Positions 8,761-17,221 of a stretch of 64,000 bases of DNA are shown one piece after another. The DNA lies in the IMG/VR virus record IMGVR_UViG_3300021399_000099, positions 64,001 through 128,000 of that record. One strand, 5' to 3'. Numbering within the stretch: the first letter of the stretch is position 1; each line of letters begins with the position of its first letter. The translations under genes were made by a program, and so were the position numbers. The DNA is from a virus. Lineage: Duplodnaviria > Caudoviricetes. The notes under the pieces were generated by a model that was not told where the DNA came from, did no database searches, and saw only the letters and a program-made list of their open reading frames with translations.

Positions 8761-9036
8761 CTAAAATAGTTTTAACAAATCGTTAAACAAATCCAGCAAT
8801 ACACCTTCATTTGCAACGGCATTTAATGCTTTCATTTGTTCCTTGCTGGGCTTCCAATTGGACTGGGGCGAAGAAAGTTTCTGGCAAGACTCAACAATAC
8901 CTATAGCTTGTCGTAATCCGGCATCCTTGCCCATTTCCCACTCGTCGTAATCTCTATCAAGAATGGTTGGCATTAGATGCTTTCTTAACCTGGCAATCAG
9001 TTTATCTGTATCAATGTATTTGTTCATATTAGTCAT
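8761..9036 (-). CDS. family C paralog (MNKYIDTDKL...WKPSKEQM)
   Basis: Shared N-terminal block. Confidence 0.7.
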   Translation of the reverse strand: MTNMNKYIDTDKLIARLRKHLMPTILDRDYDEWEMGKDAGLRQAIGIVESCQKLSSPQSNWKPSKEQMKALNAVANEGVLLDLFNDLLKLF

Positions 9037-9214
9037 AGATAAAGTAATCCTTAAACATACCCTGTTCCTTAAGTTGTCTCATTACGTCGTTAAAAATCTT
9101 TTTTTTAGATTTATAGTCCCTGTAATAGCTATCCGTATAGGCAAGACCTCGTTCCATTAACCCAATAAGCTTTCTTGCTTCTTTGGTTTCTAATTCAATC
9201 TGCTTCATATTCAT
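9029..9214 (-). CDS. hypothetical protein
   Basis: ORF tiles the operon. Confidence 0.55.
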   Translation of the reverse strand: MNMKQIELETKEARKLIGLMERGLAYTDSYYRDYKSKKKIFNDVMRQLKEQGMFKDYFIYD

Positions 9215-9234
9215 AGTACAAAAATTTTCAATCT

Positions 9235-9537
9235 TTACAAATTTTTAACGTCGTAGCCTGTTTCATATAAGGTCTTAAGACTATCAATCTGTTCGGTCAG
9301 CTGTTCTATCTTTTCCTTGTTTTGTTTGTCGATAATTCTGATGCACCTGAGAGAAAATGCCAACGTAATGGTAATCAAAACCAAGCTGTAGGCGAAAACC
9401 CTCCAACTAATCAATTTGTTTTTCTCGCTGTCTTCCTTTCCACTACAGATAGAAGATGCCACCAGGTCACATACAATGGCAAGGATGGCCCCCATAACCA
9501 GACTAATAAGAATCCAAAGTGTATTACTCATAATCAA
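9235..9537 (-). CDS. 2-TM membrane protein; similar layout to 15785..16084
   Basis: Two hydrophobic segments followed by a coiled-coil tail. Confidence 0.65.
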   Translation of the reverse strand: MIMSNTLWILISLVMGAILAIVCDLVASSICSGKEDSEKNKLISWRVFAYSLVLITITLAFSLRCIRIIDKQNKEKIEQLTEQIDSLKTLYETGYDVKNL

Positions 9538-9563
9538 AAAATTAAATGTTCTTTACTATCATA

Positions 9564-9581
9564 TGCAAAAACCGTGCCAAA
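9564..9581 (-). promoter_or_regulatory. sigma54-type promoter TTTGGCACGGTTTTTGCA
   Basis: Perfect -24 GG / -12 GC consensus. Confidence 0.75.
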
Positions 9582-9597
9582 CTATTCTTGTACAATT

Positions 9598-9798
9598 TTA
9601 CACATCCTCAGACCAGTCCCCATGGTTCCAACGCCATCCGCTCATCCAGTCGCCCGCCATGTATATCCCACGACCGACCTTCATGACACACCAGGCCAGC
9701 GCGAACCACGACACCACGAACGGAGCAAGCACATACCACAGAATCTTCTTCCACCACGGGCATGTTTTCAAAAAATCTTTTATTTCTTTGTTAGTCAT
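9598..9798 (-). CDS. small membrane protein
   Basis: One hydrophobic segment; ATGA overlap. Confidence 0.6.
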   Translation of the reverse strand: MTNKEIKDFLKTCPWWKKILWYVLAPFVVSWFALAWCVMKVGRGIYMAGDWMSGWRWNHGDWSEDV

Positions 9799-10025
9799 AT
9801 TCTGTTATTCCACTTTTCAATCATTTTCTCCTTAAGCCATTCGACATCATAACGAAATGCCGATTGTTCCATTGTCGCACCACACTCACACTTGATGGTT
9901 ATTGACTTCTTGTTGAACGCCTCATTCCGCCCCTTAAGATACCAGTAAGGTTTTTTACCACAGAAAGGGCACGGTTTAAGCTCTTCCGGGTAGGTAATGT
10001 GGTTATGTATCTCGCTCATAATCAT
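9795..10025 (-). CDS. Lar-like restriction alleviation family zinc-ribbon protein
   Basis: ELKPCPFCG...CECG...WNNR pattern. Confidence 0.7.
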   Translation of the reverse strand: MIMSEIHNHITYPEELKPCPFCGKKPYWYLKGRNEAFNKKSITIKCECGATMEQSAFRYDVEWLKEKMIEKWNNRI

Positions 10026-10340
10026 TTACTTAACGTATTTGTTGATGTTCTCGTTTGTATCCGCCAGCCACTGTTTGTGTTTCTCAAGGTCGCGATTGTA
10101 CCTGTCTTGGTTTGTTTCACAGTATTTGCAACTTGGCCAATGTACGATTTCAACATCATATATACCAGACCCAATATACGAGTGATTGAAAATAAACTGG
10201 TGCGTATGCCCTTCAAATGTGAGCTCAATGAGTTTCGTGTCGTCCTCTAATGACTTCTCAGAACCCGGAACAAGGTTTTCCGCATCAAAATCGCAGGAAC
10301 ACAGCATCATAGCCGCCAATAACAAAATAAACTTTTTCAT
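10026..10340 (-). CDS. lipoprotein; paralog of 30126..30350
   Basis: LCS-C lipobox; FEGH...VHxPxC motif. Confidence 0.7.
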   Translation of the reverse strand: MKKFILLLAAMMLCSCDFDAENLVPGSEKSLEDDTKLIELTFEGHTHQFIFNHSYIGSGIYDVEIVHWPSCKYCETNQDRYNRDLEKHKQWLADTNENINKYVK

Positions 10341-10372
10341 AACATTCTTTTAATATTTTCAGCCATACTATA

Positions 10373-10390
10373 TGCAAAAACCGTGCCATA
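10373..10390 (-). promoter_or_regulatory. sigma54-type promoter TATGGCACGGTTTTTGCA
   Basis: Perfect -24/-12 consensus. Confidence 0.75.
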
Positions 10391-10419
10391 TATCAGTTTC
10401 GTTTCCGTGATATATCATA

Positions 10420-10851
10420 TTATTCCCAAATTACATCAATCGTTATTTTTCCTTCCACGTCATCCCACTTGCATTGCTTGCAGATGTTCGGGAAATCTTT
10501 GCTCGTCTCAGGATACCACTCAGAAAGTATGTTTCCAATCTCATACGGGTATATTTCTGCGGCGTGCATTGATAAACAGTTCATACTGCAGATAAACCAG
10601 GCTTGTTCTGTGTCCGGTTCATCATCAAATGTGAAAAACATAACACCACTCCGCACGTATGTCACCGTCAATTTTCTCCAACGCATTTTTTCACCATCGT
10701 AATGCCAGAATTTCCTGCCGACCTTGATGTATGCTTTAACCGCCTCGTCATGCTTGCAGAAAAGTTCATATAAACGCGTGGCAAACGTAGTGCGACTATA
10801 GTTTTTGTTTATGAAATCAAGTATTTGTTGCTCTATGTTATCCTTTTCCAT
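10420..10851 (-). CDS. hypothetical protein
   Basis: ORF tiles the operon. Confidence 0.65.
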   Translation of the reverse strand: MEKDNIEQQILDFINKNYSRTTFATRLYELFCKHDEAVKAYIKVGRKFWHYDGEKMRWRKLTVTYVRSGVMFFTFDDEPDTEQAWFICSMNCLSMHAAEIYPYEIGNILSEWYPETSKDFPNICKQCKWDDVEGKITIDVIWE

Positions 10852-10852
10852 A

Positions 10853-11230
10853 TTAAATCAAGTTTTCAAGACAGTACTTAATAGCGGTTTCGCAGGCTTC
10901 TTTATAGGTAGAAAAACTGCATAATGATTCACCCATTTTTTGACTTGAATCATTCATAAGCCAAATAGACCACCACCATTTGTAGCTTGTTAAAGGGTCG
11001 ATAACTATAAAAAGAAAATGTACTTCCCTCAACCATTTCATTGCCATTTGGAGAGTAGGACAAGTACATGTCATATCTTCTCTTAAATCGCTATTCCACC
11101 ACTCATCACGCTTAAGATTCTTCAAATAACCTTCATGTGGCTTACAGTAGAACATCTCACAAACTTCGTTAAACCCCTTCTCCTTCAAAAGTTTAGCGAT
11201 TTCAAAACTGACGTAATCTTCAGTAATCAT
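10853..11230 (-). CDS. family A paralog 2
   Basis: Start reassigned to MITEDYVSF by paralog alignment. Confidence 0.85.
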   Translation of the reverse strand: MITEDYVSFEIAKLLKEKGFNEVCEMFYCKPHEGYLKNLKRDEWWNSDLREDMTCTCPTLQMAMKWLREVHFLFIVIDPLTSYKWWWSIWLMNDSSQKMGESLCSFSTYKEACETAIKYCLENLI

Positions 11231-11378
11231 AATTTTCTTTTTTATTTCCTTTCCACCAAGGACAACCGAGGCACATTTTATCAACCTCGTCCGGCTTCTT
11301 ATTTTCATCCGTTTTTTTACCAGAACACCACATTGGACTGTCCCATGACCAATGCATACCACATTTTGCAACAGCCAT
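11220..11378 (-). CDS. small Cys/Trp-rich protein (MAVAKCGMHW...), absent from the ORF track
   Basis: 52-aa ORF fills the gap between B1 and A2. Confidence 0.55.
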   Translation of the reverse strand: MAVAKCGMHWSWDSPMWCSGKKTDENKKPDEVDKMCLGCPWWKGNKKENYDY

Positions 11379-11390
11379 ATCTATTCAGTT

Positions 11391-11750
11391 TTAATACATT
11401 CCTTCTTTTGCTTCAAGAGCAAGCCCCATTGGAATAAGACCACGATAGTCAAAATGATTCTCAATTAACCACGTTATTAACTCTTCAGCATTTATCGCAT
11501 TGGGTCTTAGTGATAGTTCTTCAATGTGAATGTTATAATAGCCGGATTCATCGTATGTCATACTTTCCATAGGACGGAGATAGGGCTTGCACTCTCGCAC
11601 TACGACATTATCCGTATAATTTAGGGTTCCTGTTTTAATATCAACCTCACGTAATTCTATATTTGCACCATCATTTCTATGGTATATAACCCCGTAAGGT
11701 AACCTCGCAGAAAGGTCCTTTAATAGTAGTTCTTTTTCCTCTTGTGTCAT
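11391..11750 (-). CDS. family B paralog 1 (MTQEEKELLLKDL...KPYLRPM...FDYRGLI...ALEAKEGMY)
   Basis: Three constant blocks shared with 3 other copies. Confidence 0.85.
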   Translation of the reverse strand: MTQEEKELLLKDLSARLPYGVIYHRNDGANIELREVDIKTGTLNYTDNVVVRECKPYLRPMESMTYDESGYYNIHIEELSLRPNAINAEELITWLIENHFDYRGLIPMGLALEAKEGMY

Positions 11751-11752
11751 AT

Positions 11753-12163
11753 CTATATCAAGTTTTCAAGACAATACTTAATAGCTGCTTCACAGGCTTC
11801 TTCGTAAGAATCATATCCTGTCAGTGTGTCAATAAGTCCATTCTTTTTAATTTTACAAACATCGACATACCACCACAGTTCGTCATCAAGCCCCCAATCA
11901 AAAAGTAGCTCAATAGATAACCTATGCACTTCCCTTAACCATTTCATTACTATTTGAATGGAAACGTGGGGCGCCACCAGTGTCAATGTTTCAGAATCAA
12001 AAGGAAGTTCTGGGCTATATTCTTCGTTAGGAACAGTGTAACTATTGTTCTTCCGCCACTCATCTCTATCCTGCTCTGAATAAAATGGAGATTCAAGCCA
12101 ATCAAACCCCTTATCTTTCAAGAGTTTAGCGGTTTCAAACGAAACATAATCTTCTGTAATCAT
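11753..12163 (-). CDS. family A paralog 3
   Basis: Constant blocks. Confidence 0.85.
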   Translation of the reverse strand: MITEDYVSFETAKLLKDKGFDWLESPFYSEQDRDEWRKNNSYTVPNEEYSPELPFDSETLTLVAPHVSIQIVMKWLREVHRLSIELLFDWGLDDELWWYVDVCKIKKNGLIDTLTGYDSYEEACEAAIKYCLENLI

Positions 12164-12168
12164 ATTCT

Positions 12169-12735
12169 CTAATCTTCTTTTTTCTTCAAGAAATCAAAAT
12201 CATAATGCTTCCAATCTTTCAACTCGGTTTCCAACTTACTGAAATCCATACGGTGAGCACCAGTTTCCGCTACAATCTTTATGAGCGACTCGACGGCTTC
12301 ATTATTCACATCCAGAAGAATAGTGCTAACCAAGATACAAAACTGGAAGAACAAGAACCTTTGAACTTCTCCGGGGTAATCCACCATCCTATGGCGACCA
12401 CCGCCTACAAGCATTATATCGCCCATCAAGCAATTTGCTCCATCGACGGGAACCTTCCGTTCGTACTGTTTTCCATTCACATCGGTACGGAAATAAAGCA
12501 TGAATTTAGGATACAACGAATCAACACTCGCAATTTTAACAACCACTATATCAAAGTGGAAATCATTACGCGGACGCTCATCGCAAATATGGGCGACGAC
12601 CGATTCCCTTGCCTTTTCTTCCATTTCGTGGAGCATCTTAATAGACTCGTCCGTAGGTGCCCTGTGCTCATGGACGTTAATCGTATCAGGGAAATGGACG
12701 CTATGGTCCTCATGTACATGTGTAGTATTAAACAT
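12169..12735 (-). CDS. hypothetical protein
   Basis: 188-aa ORF in the operon. Confidence 0.7.
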   Translation of the reverse strand: MFNTTHVHEDHSVHFPDTINVHEHRAPTDESIKMLHEMEEKARESVVAHICDERPRNDFHFDIVVVKIASVDSLYPKFMLYFRTDVNGKQYERKVPVDGANCLMGDIMLVGGGRHRMVDYPGEVQRFLFFQFCILVSTILLDVNNEAVESLIKIVAETGAHRMDFSKLETELKDWKHYDFDFLKKKED

Positions 12736-12763
12736 TTTGATGAATTATTTTACTTGAATATAA

Positions 12764-13162
12764 CTAAATCAAATTTTCAAGGCAATACTTTATAGTCGCT
12801 TCAGCTGCTTCTTCGTAAGTGTTGAACTCCATTTCACCAAATGGATTTTTATATTCACCAGATTTACTGGAGAATCTGCACACGGACGGTGCGAAAAAGT
12901 AGTACTGATTATTATCAACGTCAAAACCCATCTCGACAGATATGTGGATTTTATGCACTTCCCTCAACCACTTCATTGCCATTTGAATAGAACAAACTTC
13001 TATAATCTCATCACCTATATTATAGTAGTATCCCTGTCCAGGGTTGCGTCTTAAAAACTCCCCATTAATAAACACCCCTCTAAAAGAATCATATGGTACA
13101 ACAAACCCCTTTTCCTTAAGGAGTTTCGCTGTATCAAAACTAACATAATCTTCTGTAATCAT
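12764..13162 (-). CDS. family A paralog 4
   Basis: Start reassigned to MITEDYVSF. Confidence 0.85.
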   Translation of the reverse strand: MITEDYVSFDTAKLLKEKGFVVPYDSFRGVFINGEFLRRNPGQGYYYNIGDEIIEVCSIQMAMKWLREVHKIHISVEMGFDVDNNQYYFFAPSVCRFSSKSGEYKNPFGEMEFNTYEEAAEATIKYCLENLI

Positions 13163-13164
13163 AA

Positions 13165-13533
13165 TCAAATCAATTTCTCCAAACAATATTTTATTGCTGC
13201 CTCACAAGCTTCTTCATAAGATGTTTTAGATAATCTTTTATCCCATCCCTGTATATTTGCGCCAGTTGTGCGATAAAGATATCCAATATAATTTCCATTA
13301 TTTTCAATTGCCATTGTAATATGAATGTTATGCACTTCCCTCAACCATTTCATTGCCATTTGAAGGGTCGGACAAAGAAACTCATCTGTTTGAATACATG
13401 ACAACAAATCATGCGAAAATATCATAGGATTCTCAAAATCTTCAGTGTAGTAACTTTTTGTAGTCGGTTCATCAAACCCCTTCTCTTTAAGGAGTTTAGC
13501 AGTTTCAAAAGAGACATAATCTTCGGTAATCAT
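13165..13533 (-). CDS. family A paralog 5
   Basis: Constant blocks. Confidence 0.85.
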   Translation of the reverse strand: MITEDYVSFETAKLLKEKGFDEPTTKSYYTEDFENPMIFSHDLLSCIQTDEFLCPTLQMAMKWLREVHNIHITMAIENNGNYIGYLYRTTGANIQGWDKRLSKTSYEEACEAAIKYCLEKLI

Positions 13534-14240
13534 ATTTTATCATTCAAATATTTAATAAATCTTTCTATAATATAATTCGACATATCATCAGGGTGTTCAA
13601 ATCCTTTCTTCTTCAACTCATTTTTCAATTCCGAGTCTGTGTCTGCCCATAATCCCCATTCATTTCTAATCCATCTACCCATTGAGTTATGCACAGAAAT
13701 TGCGCCGTTTTCGAGAAGGTAATCCCTGTCTTCTTTTGAAACTACCTTAGCCAAGATTTTGACTGCTTCATCAACGGTTTTTGGGGTGGGAATCTTGTAT
13801 TCTTCTTTATTATACATCCCTTCTTTAGCTTCAAGTGCGAGCCCCATAGGTATTAAACCACGGTAGTCAAATTGACGAGCATTGAGCCAATCAGAAATTT
13901 CTGCAATGGCTGATTCTCTTCCGACTTCAGCAAATGCTACTCGTTGTAGCTCTTGATTTCTGAAATCAAAGTATTCATTTCTTTCCTCCTCAGTCATGGA
14001 AGACATTGGACGGAGATATGGCTTTAATACAATATTATCATTGACAAAATCACTGATGATATTAGTATTAAGTATTTTTTTTACTGTAACGTTACGCACT
14101 TGATTAACAGGCATGCTTATACCGTTATTCATTGGTTTTAGTTCCCTGACTACACCTTTTTTGGTAATACTGCATTTTACCTTATAAGGCAACCTTGCAC
14201 AAAGGTCCTTGAGCAATATCTGTTTTTCTTCCTGTGTCAT
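13530..14240 (-). CDS. family B paralog 2 fused to a C-terminal DUF6794-like module
   Basis: B blocks followed by PKTVDEAV...GRWIRNEWGLW...HPDDMS. Confidence 0.8.
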   Translation of the reverse strand: MTQEEKQILLKDLCARLPYKVKCSITKKGVVRELKPMNNGISMPVNQVRNVTVKKILNTNIISDFVNDNIVLKPYLRPMSSMTEEERNEYFDFRNQELQRVAFAEVGRESAIAEISDWLNARQFDYRGLIPMGLALEAKEGMYNKEEYKIPTPKTVDEAVKILAKVVSKEDRDYLLENGAISVHNSMGRWIRNEWGLWADTDSELKNELKKKGFEHPDDMSNYIIERFIKYLNDKI

Positions 14241-14387
14241 ATTTTATGATTTTCAATGTCTTCAATTAACTTTTTAGCCATAGTTTTTATACTATAATCA
14301 GCATGCTCATCTAATTTTATCGCTATAGGCAAACCTATTATAAAAACCAAAGCAAACAATATTGGTAAGAAGTTCGTAATCATCTTA

Positions 14388-14876
14388 TTAACTTTTATAC
14401 ATATCTTCAGGTGCTTCGAGAGCGAGCCCCATAAGAATTAAACCTCGATAATCAAAGTGGTGAGCATTGAGCCAATCAAATACAAGTATTACTACATCAG
14501 ATGGAACTTCTGATAAGTAGAAATCAAGACATTTATATGTTCCATTTTGGAATGAAGCCAAATCAAGTTGTTCATATTTCAAACCACTATATTCTTTTAG
14601 TTTTTCAAATTCTTCCTCAGTCATACTTGACATTGGACGGAGATAAGGTTTAATGGTTTCTAAAAAACCCGTATAATGTACATCATCGGTAACTCTTCTA
14701 TAATCTTCGCCGCCAACACTTTTATATGTTTCCAACATCAGAAATAAATCATCAGAAACTCTACCAAACAGTGTATGTACTTGAGGCTCTGAATAACTTG
14801 TATTTTCTATTTTAACCCCATACGGCAACCTTGCACAAAGGTCTTTAAGCAATAGTTCTTTCTCTTCCTGTGTCAT
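14388..14876 (-). CDS. family B paralog 3
   Basis: Constant blocks. Confidence 0.85.
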   Translation of the reverse strand: MTQEEKELLLKDLCARLPYGVKIENTSYSEPQVHTLFGRVSDDLFLMLETYKSVGGEDYRRVTDDVHYTGFLETIKPYLRPMSSMTEEEFEKLKEYSGLKYEQLDLASFQNGTYKCLDFYLSEVPSDVVILVFDWLNAHHFDYRGLILMGLALEAPEDMYKS

Positions 14877-14879
14877 ACT

Positions 14880-15065
14880 TTAATCTCTTTCATAAAAAGT
14901 TTCTACTCTTCCGCACAAACTGCATTCTTGAAAGCCCCCGCTGTGCCATGTCTAGGTCTTATACCACTTATGGTTACATCTCTTTTGTTCATCCGTAAGA
15001 GGCTGCTTTTCTAATTCCTCCGCCTTTACGTATTCATTAAAAAGTTCTTTTTCTTCCTGTGTCAT
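14880..15065 (-). pseudogene. small zinc-finger-like gene with family B N-terminus, interrupted by in-frame TAG (14952-14954)
   Basis: MTQEEKELF...CNHKWYKT*TWHSGGFQECSLCGRVETFYERD*. Confidence 0.6.
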
Positions 15066-15376
15066 AATAGATTGTACTTTTTACAGAACCCATTAAGGGT
15101 TACATTATTATCCTCAATGTCTTCTAATTTGTCACCATTTTCATCCAATGCGAAGTAATAAACATCGTAGCCGTAGTACTCCTCGAAGAACTCCTGCCAG
15201 TCAATCTCTGTGGTGTTTTCTTCAATGTAGTTACTGAGCTGGTTTTCCATATCTTCATCGCCCCATTGATGGATGACGAAATCGATGAAATTCTTGTATC
15301 TTTTTTCGGTTACTTCGCTGTACTGATAAGCATCAATAACCGCCGCGTAAAAGTTCTTTTTTCCCATATCTACCAA
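15062..15376 (-). CDS. hypothetical acidic protein
   Basis: ORF tiles the operon. Confidence 0.65.
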   Translation of the reverse strand: MVDMGKKNFYAAVIDAYQYSEVTEKRYKNFIDFVIHQWGDEDMENQLSNYIEENTTEIDWQEFFEEYYGYDVYYFALDENGDKLEDIEDNNVTLNGFCKKYNLL

Positions 15377-15509
15377 TCGTATTCGTCTAATACCTCAACA
15401 TTCGTGATTTCCATATCATCCCTATAATTGGCATCTACGATAGTGTCGAATGGGTAATTACATTCATAATCATCTGGAACCTCAATGGTAACCTTTAATT
15501 CAATGCATT

Positions 15510-15779
15510 TCATATACTAATTCCATCATTATGTCTTTTTTCAATCCATTCATCAAGTGTCATTTTCTGTTCGCGGTCTCCACGCTTCCTGTTGTAGTAA
15601 TCCGGGCAATAGCAATCTCCATCAACAAAAGTGTAATCAAGATGGATATCGTTTCCTCCGTTATGCATATAGCATTTCCCGTTACCGAGTTTTTCAACAA
15701 GACCGCGGTTGGTAGTAATCCAATGCCTACCTTTCATTGCCTTGTACCACCAACAGTTTATGCAGCGTCCGTGATTCAT
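15510..15779 (-). CDS. Cys-rich hypothetical protein
   Basis: CxxC...C...CxC pattern. Confidence 0.65.
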   Translation of the reverse strand: MNHGRCINCWWYKAMKGRHWITTNRGLVEKLGNGKCYMHNGGNDIHLDYTFVDGDCYCPDYYNRKRGDREQKMTLDEWIEKRHNDGISI

Positions 15780-15784
15780 ATATT

Positions 15785-16084
15785 TTAAATGCTTACGGTT
15801 GTGGTGTCGGTTTGCGGCATAGGTTCCTCAAGCACTTCAATCCTGGTTTTCAGTTCTTTTATTTGTTTGTCATAGCTATAACAGGCCCGACCGAGCATCA
15901 AAGCCAGTGACAAGTAGATGGTCAAGCCGAATACATACAACCAAACACTAACTCTATTCTTCGCCTTTTCCTTGGTATCGTAGTCGGTTTCTCTCGAACA
16001 TTTCTTAACATTGTCGGCAACAATATCGGGGACAATACTCATAACGATGCCAAAAACGACCAAAATAATAAAATACAGTACCAT
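15785..16084 (-). CDS. 2-TM membrane protein
   Basis: Two hydrophobic segments. Confidence 0.65.
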   Translation of the reverse strand: MVLYFIILVVFGIVMSIVPDIVADNVKKCSRETDYDTKEKAKNRVSVWLYVFGLTIYLSLALMLGRACYSYDKQIKELKTRIEVLEEPMPQTDTTTVSI

Positions 16085-16842
16085 TACTCTCCTACGTTAA
16101 TAAGTTTCTCAATATATTCTCTTCCTTCTCCCTTGAAAATAGGGATGTTATAATCCACAACCCAGTGTCCTTCCTCGTCCTTGATGCAGCACATTCCTCT
16201 CTGCTGTTTGGTGGGGAGGTTGTTCCATAGAATACCGGTTTTTTCTTTAACCATTGTGATAATATCATCGGTACTCTTTTTGTGGAGTTCCTTGTGCGAA
16301 AAATGTGCCTGACCGAGTGCCTGGATGGAATTACGGATAGCGTCTTGTTGTCTCCAGAGCACACAATTTGTGACTTCCTCTTTCGGTACGTTGAAAGCTC
16401 GACAATCGAAGAAGACGCCCTTGCTCAATGCCTTGTCATAAACCTCCGGATTTCTCTCATTTGACAAAAACTTAAAGCTGCCCATGGCTTCGATAAACTT
16501 CCAGGTAGCCATTGAAGCCGCGACCGATACCATCTTCTGGATACTGTTGTTGAACCAAGAACTGGTATTAAGTTCCTGATAATCAACAAGAACCAGCGTA
16601 ATCTCGTCGCTTTGCGTATAGCCGAGGACACACCCCTGGATATTCTCACAAAGGTATCTCATCGTCATTTCCATGGACTTGGCAAAAATCTTGTCGTATG
16701 GCTTGGCAAATCCCTTGGTAAAAGTGTGGAATGCCCTGCCGTCAAGCCTTAATATAACCGGCATTCTGCTGATGAGGTGGTTTCTTGTGATATTCTCGTA
16801 TCCCTTCATGCGGTCACCGAGACTTGTCTTATCTGTCGCCAT
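16084..16842 (-). CDS. thg1: tRNA(His) guanylyltransferase Thg1-like protein (3'-5' polymerase)
   Basis: LGDRMKGYE, RLDGRAFHTFT, YTQSDEITL, FDCR, WRQQDAIRNSI motifs. Confidence 0.93.
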   Translation of the reverse strand: MATDKTSLGDRMKGYENITRNHLISRMPVILRLDGRAFHTFTKGFAKPYDKIFAKSMEMTMRYLCENIQGCVLGYTQSDEITLVLVDYQELNTSSWFNNSIQKMVSVAASMATWKFIEAMGSFKFLSNERNPEVYDKALSKGVFFDCRAFNVPKEEVTNCVLWRQQDAIRNSIQALGQAHFSHKELHKKSTDDIITMVKEKTGILWNNLPTKQQRGMCCIKDEEGHWVVDYNIPIFKGEGREYIEKLINVGE

Positions 16843-17156
16843 TATTTTGTTATCTTTATAGTTTTATCGTAAAACGTCTCTTTCTTAACGGAAATACTGA
16901 TAGATTCAAATGCCGGGTCTTCCAACAATTCGTCCAAGCCAATTCCGTTCGTGTCCTTGTAGTGCTCTTTGAAATGGGTGAGAACCAGGTCATAAAGTTC
17001 GTCATCACTCTTTTCACTGTCTTCACCCTCCAAGTTCAAATACCCGCTATAATTGAAATAAGGGAAGTGTGCCCCGTCATCTTTGCAGCGAATGCATACA
17101 TTATAGATGATAATCACGTGATTTCTGTAATTGATGGTGGTGTATTCAATATTCAT
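16842..17156 (-). CDS. hypothetical protein
   Basis: First gene after promoter 17190. Confidence 0.6.
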   Translation of the reverse strand: MNIEYTTINYRNHVIIIYNVCIRCKDDGAHFPYFNYSGYLNLEGEDSEKSDDELYDLVLTHFKEHYKDTNGIGLDELLEDPAFESISISVKKETFYDKTIKITK

Positions 17157-17189
17157 AATACAAAGTTTTTAAGTTTCTGTATAGAATAT

Positions 17190-17207
17190 TACAAAAACCG
17201 TGCCAAA
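17190..17207 (-). promoter_or_regulatory. sigma54-type promoter TTTGGCACGGTTTTTGTA
   Basis: Recurrent motif; heads the thg1 and cassette-array operon. Confidence 0.7.
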
Positions 17208-17221
17208 CTATATGGAAAACC

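Noticed and set aside
8497-9036. In-frame TAG readthrough fusing adjacent ORFs (also 19457-20287)
   Set aside because: The same 3-nt stop-to-start spacing occurs with TAA elsewhere, and each downstream ORF has its own ATG
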